Below, piece after piece: positions 21,313-29,679 of a stretch of 59,612 bases of DNA. How positions within the stretch are numbered: position 1 is the stretch's first letter; every line of letters starts with the position of its first letter. This DNA is from Gemmatimonadales bacterium. Its GTDB lineage: Bacteria; Gemmatimonadota; Gemmatimonadetes; Gemmatimonadales; GWC2-71-9. The DNA lies in assembly GCA_013813435.1 (NCBI GenBank), contig JACCRS010000052.1, positions 1-59,612 of the forward strand, written 5' to 3'. Under the pieces are notes generated by a model. That model saw only the letters and a program-made list of their open reading frames with translations, was not told the DNA's origin and ran no database searches. A program made the position numbers and the translations under genes.

Positions 21313-23979
21313 TTAGCCGGATTGGGCGGGCGCCACCATTATGGTAACGATCTCGTGCGCCGCCGCATGGAAGGGCACGATGCGCCCACCTTCACCCAGC
21401 CTGATATCATGCAGCGGCCTTTCGTCGGCGCGCATCCGCCGGGCACTGCTCACCGGCTCAGGGAAGTGCCACAGACCGGCAGTGGGGCGAGCTGTGGCAT
21501 TGTAACATCGGAGCACCAAGCCCTCTTCTTCTTCCGCGGGCTTGATGCCGGAGAATACGAGACCGTAGCCTTCGAGCCGTACATCGATTGACGCGGGCGA
21601 CAGCGGCGAAGCCTGCCGTAACCACACTCCGTGTACTGGCAGGAACAGGTCTTCCCAGAGCTCGTGCACCGCTGTTCCACCCTCTACTTCGGCTTCGGTG
21701 ACAGGGGCAATACCGAGCTGGAGCCGCTCGATGCCGTGGCACTGGGCCATCGGGATAGCTACCGGCCAGCCGGCATGACCGGGGCGGCTACCAAGATCGT
21801 CGCGAGACAGATTCCCAATACTTCGAAGCAGGGTGACAATCAGATTTCCCTGAGGGTCGAGCTCGTATTCGAAGAACCCGGGTGCGAACAGCGCAAGTCC
21901 ACGCGCACCGGACGCCCGGGACACATACCGGTGCGCGGGTGCGGTGGCTACCGGTGTCTCTCTAGGGTAGGTCCGGCCACCGACTGTCACGCCAGGGCGT
22001 GCGATGCTTCCGAAGGCTGTGCCGGCCACCGCGCTACCGCCAGGCCAACCGGTGCTGGTTCTCAATCGAAGCCGATGGTCAGACGCACGGTTGTCGATCT
22101 CGAGCGTACAGCGGACGGAGGGACACCCCGCGTAGATAGTGACGATGAGCCGAATTCCGACGAACCCGATGGCCTCGCCGCGCATACCGTGCCCTGCGGG
22201 CATCCGCCAGTGTGTTTCCAGCGCTGCGACCAGTGGGCCTGCTGTCAGCTGGCGCACCGGCACCCGGCCCTGCGCCCTTCGCACCCGGTCGCGCGCCGGC
22301 GGGCAGTAGGTGTAGCTGTCTCCCGCATCGCCACCCGATTCCAGCATGAAGAGATCGCAAAAGCGTTCCCCGTTGCGGCGGTCCAGCAGTCGCAGTGATC
22401 CGTTGGGCGCGATCGTCACCTCGAGCAGCTCGTTGCCGAGCGCACGTCCCTTCTGCCAGGCGGTTCCCCGCGGCGGGGTTGAGATGTGCTGCCCCACTTT
22501 CAGGACTCCAAGGCCCAATCCGCCTACTTCGGGTGTGCGAAAGGCTACGCGGGTCCAGTCGACTTCATCCTGGTCGGGGTAGTGGTGGGGCGCATCGAGC
22601 CGCTCCTGACCGCCGCGCTGCCCCAGAGACTGGACCGCGACTTCGCCCTGAGGTCCCAGCAGGTAGAACGGAAGGTGCCCGACACCGGCCCGGGGCACTC
22701 GATCTCCCGGCGGGCCCACCAGCACATCCCGGCGGAACCAGCTCAGGTCCACCACGGCAATACCCCTGCGCCGCCGCGGCACCGGATTCCATAGCACCAG
22801 TCCCGGCGCAGTGCTATCGGGCCTGGCACGGGCACGATCAGGGACATTTCCCACCAGCTCGTCCAGGCTGGCCCGCGCTATTTCAGAGGCCAGGTTGCGA
22901 GCATCGTTCAGCCGGAGCTCGACCCGCCGAGCCACGGCGTCGCTGATCGTGCCAGCGATTGAGTCGTGAAACTGACTCTGAAGCAGCATGCGCCACGCAT
23001 GGTGCAGCAGCGGTCGGCGGTCACCGCCTCGGATTGCCTGGGCCAGCGCGGCAAGCGGCTCGGCCACCCTCCCCAGCGCCAGCTCGGTAACCCCGTGACG
23101 CCGCTTGAGTGGGGCCCGGGTGGCGTGAACGCCCTGGAGAGTCCAGGTGTAGCCGTACGACCAACGCAGCTCGCCGCACACAATGGGCAGCGTCATGGCC
23201 TCGCCCGAAGCCAGTGCGAAAAAATCCTCCAGCCGGGAGATCCGAAACTCGCTGGTGGGCTCGACCTGCTGTAGCAACGATCGAAGCCGGCCCAGCGCGG
23301 GATGCGCCGAGTGGTGATCGGCTCCGACGAAAATTGCTATGTGCCGGGTGGAGGCGCGCGCCACCAGAATGGCTCGTACGCGACTCCACGCTGTTGGCAA
23401 CGACTCGGCATCTGCTGGCAGCCCCGCGCCGACCTCATAACCGTCGGGGGGCAGGTGGTAAAGCAGGACCTCCTGACCGTCGGGGCCACGCCAGCGGTAC
23501 AAGTCGCGCTCCTGTCCTGGCTCGCCACCAAGGCCGCGCCAGATCACGCCGTACCGGATACCGAATTCGGCAGCAAGCGTAGGCCAGACAGCGGGATGCC
23601 CGAACGCGTCAGGTGAATAAAGCACGTCGGCTCGGCCACCCAGCCGGCCAGCATCTGCCAGCCCGGCCAGAAGGTTCCGGATCATCGATTCACCGGACGG
23701 GACGAGCTCGTCGGCCAGGATGTACCACGGTCCGACCTGTAGCCTCCCCGAGCGGACCAACTCGCCCACCTCGGGCTCCCGCTCGCGCCGCACTCGCAGG
23801 TAATCCTCCAGCAGTATGGTCTGGCCGTCGAGCAGAAATTTCGTATCAGGATCGGAGTGTAGCCGAGCAAGTAGATCGTCGACTGTCGAGACCAGCCGCG
23901 GCAGGAAAACGCTCTCAGGGAGATACCATTCCCGGTCCCAATGGGTATGAGGGATCAGGTGGAAGATGATCCCGGTCAT
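21313..23979 (-). CDS. glycoside hydrolase family 38 alpha-mannosidase-like enzyme
   Basis: N-terminal FHLIPHTHWDREWY signature and downstream ..FHDSIAGT.. About 890 aa, typical for bacterial GH38 (MngB-like). No signal peptide. Confidence 0.85.
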   Translation of the reverse strand: MTGIIFHLIPHTHWDREWYLPESVFLPRLVSTVDDLLARLHSDPDTKFLLDGQTILLEDYLRVRREREPEVGELVRSGRLQVGPWYILADELVPSGESMIRNLLAGLADAGRLGGRADVLYSPDAFGHPAVWPTLAAEFGIRYGVIWRGLGGEPGQERDLYRWRGPDGQEVLLYHLPPDGYEVGAGLPADAESLPTAWSRVRAILVARASTRHIAIFVGADHHSAHPALGRLRSLLQQVEPTSEFRISRLEDFFALASGEAMTLPIVCGELRWSYGYTWTLQGVHATRAPLKRRHGVTELALGRVAEPLAALAQAIRGGDRRPLLHHAWRMLLQSQFHDSIAGTISDAVARRVELRLNDARNLASEIARASLDELVGNVPDRARARPDSTAPGLVLWNPVPRRRRGIAVVDLSWFRRDVLVGPPGDRVPRAGVGHLPFYLLGPQGEVAVQSLGQRGGQERLDAPHHYPDQDEVDWTRVAFRTPEVGGLGLGVLKVGQHISTPPRGTAWQKGRALGNELLEVTIAPNGSLRLLDRRNGERFCDLFMLESGGDAGDSYTYCPPARDRVRRAQGRVPVRQLTAGPLVAALETHWRMPAGHGMRGEAIGFVGIRLIVTIYAGCPSVRCTLEIDNRASDHRLRLRTSTGWPGGSAVAGTAFGSIARPGVTVGGRTYPRETPVATAPAHRYVSRASGARGLALFAPGFFEYELDPQGNLIVTLLRSIGNLSRDDLGSRPGHAGWPVAIPMAQCHGIERLQLGIAPVTEAEVEGGTAVHELWEDLFLPVHGVWLRQASPLSPASIDVRLEGYGLVFSGIKPAEEEEGLVLRCYNATARPTAGLWHFPEPVSSARRMRADERPLHDIRLGEGGRIVPFHAAAHEIVTIMVAPAQSG

Positions 23980-23998
23980 GGCGGGATCACGCGGCGGC

Positions 23999-24295
23999 TC
24001 AGTCGTAGCCAGTGAATGGCTCGGTGAGGAACCGCGTGCCGGTAGAAAGATGCTCGATTAGGTGGCTGATGCGGAGTGCGGTGGGGAGCCGTTCGACTCT
24101 GGTCTCGATAAGCTTCAGGTCCGCTGAATCGGCAAGACTCATCTTATTCAGTCGTTCGGCCTCACCCCGGGCAACGTCACCCGGAGTGGGACGGCTCTCG
24201 GGGTACGCGTCCTCGTGGTGACGGATCAGTGCTTGCCAGTGCGCGTCACCTGCTCGCTCGATTGATTCCCGAATCTCTTCTCGGGTGAATGCCAT
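23999..24295 (-). CDS. hypothetical protein (98 aa)
   Basis: ATG start with GAGGAG upstream at short spacing. Helical, charged sequence with no recognised family. Lies 19 nt upstream of the GH38 gene. Confidence 0.5.
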   Translation of the reverse strand: MAFTREEIRESIERAGDAHWQALIRHHEDAYPESRPTPGDVARGEAERLNKMSLADSADLKLIETRVERLPTALRISHLIEHLSTGTRFLTEPFTGYD

Positions 24296-24473
24296 CGCTC
24301 CTCATCGGTGCCCGCCGGCGCTCAACCAGGCAGAGGGCGGCCAGGATGGCGAACCCAGCGGCCAGCGGCGCGAAGCGGATGTTGCCGAAGTGATACCCCA
24401 TCGAGGTCAGAGTCGCCACCATCCCCAGGCATAGCCATCCGGCCCAGCGGCGTATCCTGTCGCTCCGATCCAT
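24246..24473 (-). CDS. hypothetical small membrane protein (75 aa)
   Basis: ATG 24473 lies 7 nt after GGAG. Two hydrophobic segments (WAGWLCLGMVATLTSMGY, APLAAGFAILAALCLV). The tail overlaps the next ORF by 50 nt and looks less protein-like. Confidence 0.35.
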   Translation of the reverse strand: MDRSDRIRRWAGWLCLGMVATLTSMGYHFGNIRFAPLAAGFAILAALCLVERRRAPMRSDGIHPRRDSGINRASR

Positions 24474-24549
24474 GGCGCTTCTCCGACGAAGTGGTGAGAG
24501 CTTGAGGATCTATTATGCGCTACGACAGGTTTTTTGGCTGTACCTCAGG

Positions 24550-25695
24550 TCACGATGCCGGTGTGACTGCAAGTAGCCGAGCAGTTTCAGCGAACCGGTC
24601 CATGTCCAGCCTGGCCGCGACGCTCGAGGTAGGCACCTCCATCCGGCCATCGTTACTCATTGCCAGCTTGAGCACATCGGCATTCCGGCCAAACCACCGG
24701 GTACTCGGCTCCAGGTCCGAGGGATAGACGAACCCGGGCAGGGAGGCCGCCGCCAGAGCTGCCTGCGACCCGATTCCCGATTCGGGCATCGTTCCGGCCC
24801 ACATCTCGGCACGGTATCCTTTTGCCAGCGCATAGATTCGGCTCACTTCCGACAGTCCGCCCAACCGGTGGACCTTGATGTTCCAGACCCGCGGCCCTCC
24901 GAGGTCGATAATCTGCCTGGCGGCGCGGGAGTCCTTCAGTGTCTCATCCAGGCAAATCGGAGTGCGGAGTTCTTTTCCCAGCCGCGCGTGGCCCAGTAAT
25001 TCATCGGGTGCAAATGGTTGCTCGATGTAAAGCAGGCCCGCCTGGTCCAGGCGACGCAGATTCAACTCGTGCTCGGGCCACTCATACCCGCCGTTGGCAT
25101 CGACGGTGAGGGGAAGGCCTGATCCCGCCATGGCGTCCCGCGCCGCCTCGACGGGCGCTGCATCCCATCCCGGGGCAACCTTTATCTTGACCCGCTGGTA
25201 GCCGCGGGCGAGCGCCTCGTCAATCCAGCGCCGCAGCGTCTCGGTCGAGCGGTCCTGCGGGATACCCAAGGCAATACCGCAGGTGATGTTCGTGGCTGGC
25301 TCGACGCCGGCCCGCTCACCCAGAAGGGCGGCTAGGCCGGTTTTCCGGCGGGCCGCTTCCAAATCCCAAGCTGCAGTCTCGAGCCCCGCTCGGGCGAAAG
25401 GGTTGCCGCGGATTCCGGTCTGGACAAGAGCATCCACTTCTTCCGGCGACTCAACCGAGGCCTTCATCAGGCGTGGAATGAGTACGCGCTCCAGAAGATC
25501 GCGTGCGCTGGCAAGGGTTTCCTCCGAGTAGAACGGCAGCTCGAAGGGCGGCGATTCTCCGTAGCCGCGATTGCCCTCATGGTCGTGCAGCACGACCACC
25601 AGTGACCGGCGAGCAGTCATGGCCCCGCCGGAGATTATGAAGGGCTCGACCAACGGAAGAGTCAGCTCATAGAGCTCTATACGTTCGATTGGCAT
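24550..25695 (-). CDS. enolase-superfamily enzyme, o-succinylbenzoate synthase / N-acylamino-acid racemase-like
   Basis: VKIKVAPGWD, LTVDANGGYE, YIEQPF, ICLDETL and WNIKVHRLGG blocks match the MenC/NSAR subgroup layout of KxK and D/E/D metal ligands. Confidence 0.8.
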   Translation of the reverse strand: MPIERIELYELTLPLVEPFIISGGAMTARRSLVVVLHDHEGNRGYGESPPFELPFYSEETLASARDLLERVLIPRLMKASVESPEEVDALVQTGIRGNPFARAGLETAAWDLEAARRKTGLAALLGERAGVEPATNITCGIALGIPQDRSTETLRRWIDEALARGYQRVKIKVAPGWDAAPVEAARDAMAGSGLPLTVDANGGYEWPEHELNLRRLDQAGLLYIEQPFAPDELLGHARLGKELRTPICLDETLKDSRAARQIIDLGGPRVWNIKVHRLGGLSEVSRIYALAKGYRAEMWAGTMPESGIGSQAALAAASLPGFVYPSDLEPSTRWFGRNADVLKLAMSNDGRMEVPTSSVAARLDMDRFAETARLLAVTPAS

Positions 25696-25811
25696 TTTTG
25701 ATTTTCGATCCGCGAGTGAACAGAGCAGTATGGCGAAGGCACAAGCAGAACAATTCCACCAAGAAGCACCGAGGAACCATTCTACGTCTCAACTCAGCTG
25801 TCGGTTTTCAG

Positions 25812-26987
25812 CTACTTCTGACCGTCCTCCCCGCGCGGTAAAGCCACCACCGTCTCAGAAAGATCCAGGAACCTCAACTCGCCATCCCTGCGGGGCAGAG
25901 TTCCCTCCATCTCAAGGTCGAGCATTCCCGCAATCAGCCCTTCATGGGGGTGAAATAACAGGGCGTGGAGCGCGCGTTGCGGGCGTGTGCCTCCGGTGGC
26001 TGGATACTCCGAAAGCGGCAGCTGGAAAAAGGTGTGCAGCTGCACGCTCTCACAGCCGAGGCGGGCATAGTCGAGGATAACCCTGCCGGAGCAGACGTTC
26101 CCGGTGCCGATCAGGGTCGGAGTCGCGATCCCGTGGGCCCGAGCAGCGGCCAGCACCCGAAGGTTACGATCGCTCAGATCGTAGCCACCATAGGCCACAG
26201 CCTGAACCGGATCCCACAGCCGGTTGAACACGATCAGGGCATCGGCCGACCGGGCGGCGTCGAGCATTCTCACCTGGAACGCATCATCGAAGCGAGCATT
26301 CATAACCTTGAGCGCCAGCTTAACGCGCCCGGGGTCAGCGGCCGAGCGGATTTGTGCGGGCACCTCACTGAGCCAGCGCAGAATTTGATCCCGCTCACCT
26401 GCCAGATCGTTGCCTGCGAGTGTAGGCGAGAAGTCCTTTTCCAGCGGAAGCTCACCCTGTCCCCATGCAGACTTCAGGCGCTGCGTGGTGTAGCGGTACT
26501 CTTCGCTGCGGAATGCCTCGTCAAGACGCGGCAGATGGTATTTCACCGAGGGAACGGCCACGATCTCTCCCGAACGCGTGAGCTCCGCCGCGGCGCGGAC
26601 GAGGCCGAGGTACTCATCGAATGAACGATCCCACCCCCTGCCCTTCCAGGTAACCGTCCAGCCTTCCCGATCGGCTGCCGAACGGCGGCGCTCCACCTTC
26701 ATACGCGTCTCGTGCACTGCCCACGCGGCCATGGAACGCTCCCCTTCGCCATCCTCGGCGATGACCGTTTTCAGCACCACGAACGCCAGTCCCGCTGCTC
26801 TGTCGGTCTCGAGCTGTTCCCGGCTGAGTGAGAGCTGTCCCGATGCTTTGCCGATAGGGTGTGGGATGGTGTAACCGAGGTAGCGGGCCGTCAGGTCGAT
26901 TCGGTAGGTGTCACGGATGTAGTTCGGAAGATCGTCAGGCAGCTCGCGCTTGAAGCGCTCGAAGTCACGCTCGAGTCGCGCGCGCAT
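25812..26987 (-). CDS. dihydroorotate/dihydropyrimidine-dehydrogenase-like TIM-barrel protein (family-level guess)
   Basis: Start placed at ATG 26987 (MRARLERDF..). The track's extra 121 codons overlap the upstream gene and are Pro/Arg/Ser noise. HPIGKASGQLS..GLAFVVLKTV and ..LIGTGNVCSGRVILDYARLGCESVQLHT resemble DHODH-family strand 1 and the FMN-phosphate end. Confidence 0.65.
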   Translation of the reverse strand: MRARLERDFERFKRELPDDLPNYIRDTYRIDLTARYLGYTIPHPIGKASGQLSLSREQLETDRAAGLAFVVLKTVIAEDGEGERSMAAWAVHETRMKVERRRSAADREGWTVTWKGRGWDRSFDEYLGLVRAAAELTRSGEIVAVPSVKYHLPRLDEAFRSEEYRYTTQRLKSAWGQGELPLEKDFSPTLAGNDLAGERDQILRWLSEVPAQIRSAADPGRVKLALKVMNARFDDAFQVRMLDAARSADALIVFNRLWDPVQAVAYGGYDLSDRNLRVLAAARAHGIATPTLIGTGNVCSGRVILDYARLGCESVQLHTFFQLPLSEYPATGGTRPQRALHALLFHPHEGLIAGMLDLEMEGTLPRRDGELRFLDLSETVVALPRGEDGQK

Positions 26988-27846
26988 CTCGGACCAGACG
27001 CTCGACCGCTTCGCGCTCGTCAGACGGAAGAGGGGGACCCCAGGGATCGTCGCACGCGTAGGCCGGCAGGGCGCCATCGGCGGCCGCGGCCCAGAGCATT
27101 CGCCGGATGTATCCCTCCATCGGCTCCACGAAGGTGGCCTGGGCAAACCGGTCGCAGAAATCGGAGAGCAGAATGAACCGGGACCAGTCTTCCGCGACCC
27201 GGGCCCGGAGCAGATCGGCTTGGAGGTCGGGAAGCGCCGCGCCCATTCCGACCAGGGCCGCGCGGGCGCCGAGCAGAAGGGAATATCCGAGAAAACGGTC
27301 CTCTCCGGTGATGAGCAGCTTCGACGGATGCTGTCGAAGAACGGCGGCAATGCGCTGGAACGTCATGACTGAATCCAGCGTAGCCACCTTGATGCCGATG
27401 ACGTTTGGCAGCTCCATTATGCCGTGGAGCGTACGGTCGTCATAAGCCACGCCGCCCGCCTCCGGGTAGAGATAGAAGGCTATCACCGGAAGTTCCCGGC
27501 TGAGCCGCTGGTGGTAACCTACCGGATCGCTCTGGTCGGGGAAGGCCAGCAGGGCATCGGCCTTGCCGCGTCGGGCCTCGATCGCCATACCGATATCGCG
27601 GGCACCGGCTACGACAACTCTGTCCGGCAGTGCCTCCCGCCAGGTGTCCAGCACTTCCCGCCGAGCGTCGGTCCTAAGATGGGGCCCCCGCCCGGTGTGC
27701 GCCCACACCGCGACCCCCGCGATGGGCTGTTGTGCCATCCAGGCGGCGTAGCCTCGTTGGGCCGCGGCATCCATTTCGGTGCCCCGGAACGGCACGGGCA
27801 CCGCGGGTAGAAGTCCACCGTCGATCCGATCGTTCAGGCTGGCCAT
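26965..27846 (-). CDS. DapA/N-acetylneuraminate-lyase-family (class I aldolase-like) protein
   Basis: Start placed at ATG 27846 (MASLNDRIDGGLLPAVPVPF), 13 nt overlap with the upstream stop. Candidate Schiff-base Lys in NVIGIKVATLD. Confidence 0.7.
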   Translation of the reverse strand: MASLNDRIDGGLLPAVPVPFRGTEMDAAAQRGYAAWMAQQPIAGVAVWAHTGRGPHLRTDARREVLDTWREALPDRVVVAGARDIGMAIEARRGKADALLAFPDQSDPVGYHQRLSRELPVIAFYLYPEAGGVAYDDRTLHGIMELPNVIGIKVATLDSVMTFQRIAAVLRQHPSKLLITGEDRFLGYSLLLGARAALVGMGAALPDLQADLLRARVAEDWSRFILLSDFCDRFAQATFVEPMEGYIRRMLWAAAADGALPAYACDDPWGPPLPSDEREAVERLVRDARATRA

Positions 27847-28616
27847 GCGGGCTTCACCCTGAGAGCGTTCTCGTTCTCGATCACCCTCCGGTGCTCTGGC
27901 GTGAGATCCAGCAGATCCAGCTTGGCCACGCAGGTCTCGGGCAACCGTAGCGGCTGCCCGGTGCCGAAGACGAAACGATCCACCCCCACCGTCCGCAGCA
28001 GCGTTTCCAGATGATCCTCCGGCGGGCCCCAGATCCAACAGATGTCCCATAGTATCCGGCTGGATTCTGCGGGAGTGGATCCGAAATGCACCTCTTCAAT
28101 GAACGGCCGGTCGGCGTGCGTGACGAAGAGCTGTATACCAGGAGCGCTCCGGATCAGCGTCCGCACCGCCCAGGGGGGAAGCTCGCCGGCTCGATCGTTC
28201 GGATGCCGCTGCCTGGCGTCTTCAAGGCGCACAGCCAACATCAGCCGCACATCTTCTGCCGAGCACCTCTGAACGAGCGAGCGCATCGCGGCGCCGACTG
28301 GATCGATGCCGTAGTACGTCGGGTCGCAACGAACCGCTGGGGCTCCGCGTTCTCGCGCTTCGGCGATTACCCCCTCCCATCCCGCCATGCCGGGGTGCAC
28401 CGCGGGCACGGGCTCGAATCGGTCATAGCGCTCGACGGTCTGGTAAAGCCAGGGATTGCCGGCGGCCGGATCGCGCCAGAAAATCCCGGGCAGATGACTT
28501 ACCCAGGCCCGGTCGGCCGACACCCGATCCATGGCCCGCAGCAGTGCCTCTGGTGAGGTACCAGGCACCCGCCGGAAGGGATACGCGCCGAGGAAAGTGT
28601 TGACGTCGAGTCGCAT
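27834..28616 (-). CDS. amidohydrolase-fold protein lacking the HxH metal motif
   Basis: Start ATG 28616 shares one base with the upstream stop (TGATG). The N-terminus reads RLDVNTFLG where relatives have iDxHxH. The C-terminal FVFGTGQP replaces the usual GSD-type Asp. Confidence 0.7.
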   Translation of the reverse strand: MRLDVNTFLGAYPFRRVPGTSPEALLRAMDRVSADRAWVSHLPGIFWRDPAAGNPWLYQTVERYDRFEPVPAVHPGMAGWEGVIAEARERGAPAVRCDPTYYGIDPVGAAMRSLVQRCSAEDVRLMLAVRLEDARQRHPNDRAGELPPWAVRTLIRSAPGIQLFVTHADRPFIEEVHFGSTPAESSRILWDICWIWGPPEDHLETLLRTVGVDRFVFGTGQPLRLPETCVAKLDLLDLTPEHRRVIENENALRVKPAWPA

Positions 28617-29422
28617 CAGTCGGATTCGAAGGCACCGGGAGGGAAGATGCGAGCGGCGTTGCGCCATCTCACCAGCTGCAGGTCAGAATCCGGAAGTATG
28701 TGTTCCAGGTACCGAAGCTTGGCCCAACCGGTGTCGATGGTGAGGTCGCAACCCCAGAGAAGGCGCTCGACACCCACAGACTCGACGCAGGCTTCGAGCA
28801 TACCACCGTCGACGCCGCTGCCGGATAAATCCACGAAGAGATTGGCGATGTGCCGCACGGCGGGCAGGGAATAGGTCCAGTCGCCGCCCCCAGCGATGTG
28901 CGCCAGCACGAAGTTGACGTCGGGGTGGCGCCTCGCCAGTTGGGCCAGCTCGACGGCGTCGGAGGCCTCCTGACCGGGGTATTCCCGCTGCCGATGCTGC
29001 CAGATGTGGTGCAGCACGGGCACGCCGTAGTGTGCAGCTATCCGGCAGATCGGATCGAGCAGAGGATCGTTCGCCCTGCGGCTGGCGGCGAGCTTGATGC
29101 CGATCATCCCCTCGCCCAGGCAACGCCGTAACTCGGCCTCCGCGTGGTCCCGGAAGTTGGGATTGACGACACAGTAACCGCGGATGCGAGTGGGATGCGC
29201 GCGCTGGAGCGCGAGGAGACAATCGTTGCCGTACTCGATGTCAACAGGAGAGGGAAAGTAGATCGGAGACGTCAGTCCCCAGCTACCCAGGACCGACGCC
29301 ACGTGAGCGGTGATTCCTACCCGCTCGCCCGCCCGCAAGCGGCTGGCGTTGCGCTCCTGCCAGTCGCCTCGGGGCGAACGGTCGTGCAGAAAGTGTGCGT
29401 GTACGTCGATGAGAGCCGCTAT
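28616..29422 (-). CDS. metal-dependent amidohydrolase (TIM-barrel)
   Basis: The frame is open upstream of the track start (TTG 29338) and there encodes IAALIDVHAHFLHD, the HxH motif. The only initiator after the in-frame stop is ATA 29422, 7 nt after GGAGG. Downstream blocks are ..VPVLHHIW.., ..FVLAHIAGG.., ..LLWGCDLT.. Confidence 0.75.
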   Translation of the reverse strand: MAALIDVHAHFLHDRSPRGDWQERNASRLRAGERVGITAHVASVLGSWGLTSPIYFPSPVDIEYGNDCLLALQRAHPTRIRGYCVVNPNFRDHAEAELRRCLGEGMIGIKLAASRRANDPLLDPICRIAAHYGVPVLHHIWQHRQREYPGQEASDAVELAQLARRHPDVNFVLAHIAGGGDWTYSLPAVRHIANLFVDLSGSGVDGGMLEACVESVGVERLLWGCDLTIDTGWAKLRYLEHILPDSDLQLVRWRNAARIFPPGAFESD

Positions 29423-29598
29423 GCCTCTTCCTCCTCCTCACTCAGCCCCTCAGCATCAAAATCTTTCCCCATAATCGCCTCCTCCGCTGATTCGACCACC
29501 AGCGTAAGATCTGTTTCCTGCGAAATCTCCTCCTCGACGGCACCATCCTCGTCATCCACATCGTCGAGGTCGTCTACAGTCTGCTTGCGCCCGGACAT
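29419..29598 (-). CDS. 59-aa highly acidic mini-protein (not in ORF track)
   Basis: ATG 29598 lies 4 nt after AGGAGG. Encodes MSGRKQTVDDLDDVDDEDGAVEEEISQETDLTLVVESAEEAIMGKDFDAEGLSEEEEEA. Its TAG (29419-29421) overlaps ATA 29422 of the next gene. Confidence 0.5.
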   Translation of the reverse strand: MSGRKQTVDDLDDVDDEDGAVEEEISQETDLTLVVESAEEAIMGKDFDAEGLSEEEEEA

Positions 29599-29679
29599 AG
29601 AACCTCCTGGAACTCGTTGCGAGCGGCGGCCCGATCACTCGGCCGCCTGAATCGCGGCCGGGCCGGCCGGAGTTCCAAT

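Noticed and set aside
26988-28050. Long 5' extensions of track ORFs 25812..27350 and 26965..28050, which would make neighbouring genes overlap by hundreds of nt.
   Set aside because: The extended parts are low-complexity Pro/Arg/Gly/Ser sequence lying over the well-formed C-termini of the upstream genes. Internal ATGs at 26987 and 27846 begin recognisable domains with short overlaps typical of this operon.
29419-29598. The acidic mini-protein as a Pup/UBact-like tag or a LysW-type amino-group carrier.
   Set aside because: It lacks the C-terminal GGQ/GGE of Pup-like tags, and lacks the N-terminal zinc knuckle and EDWGE terminus of LysW. No ligase, depupylase, proteasome or ArgX/LysX-type ATP-grasp genes are in the window.
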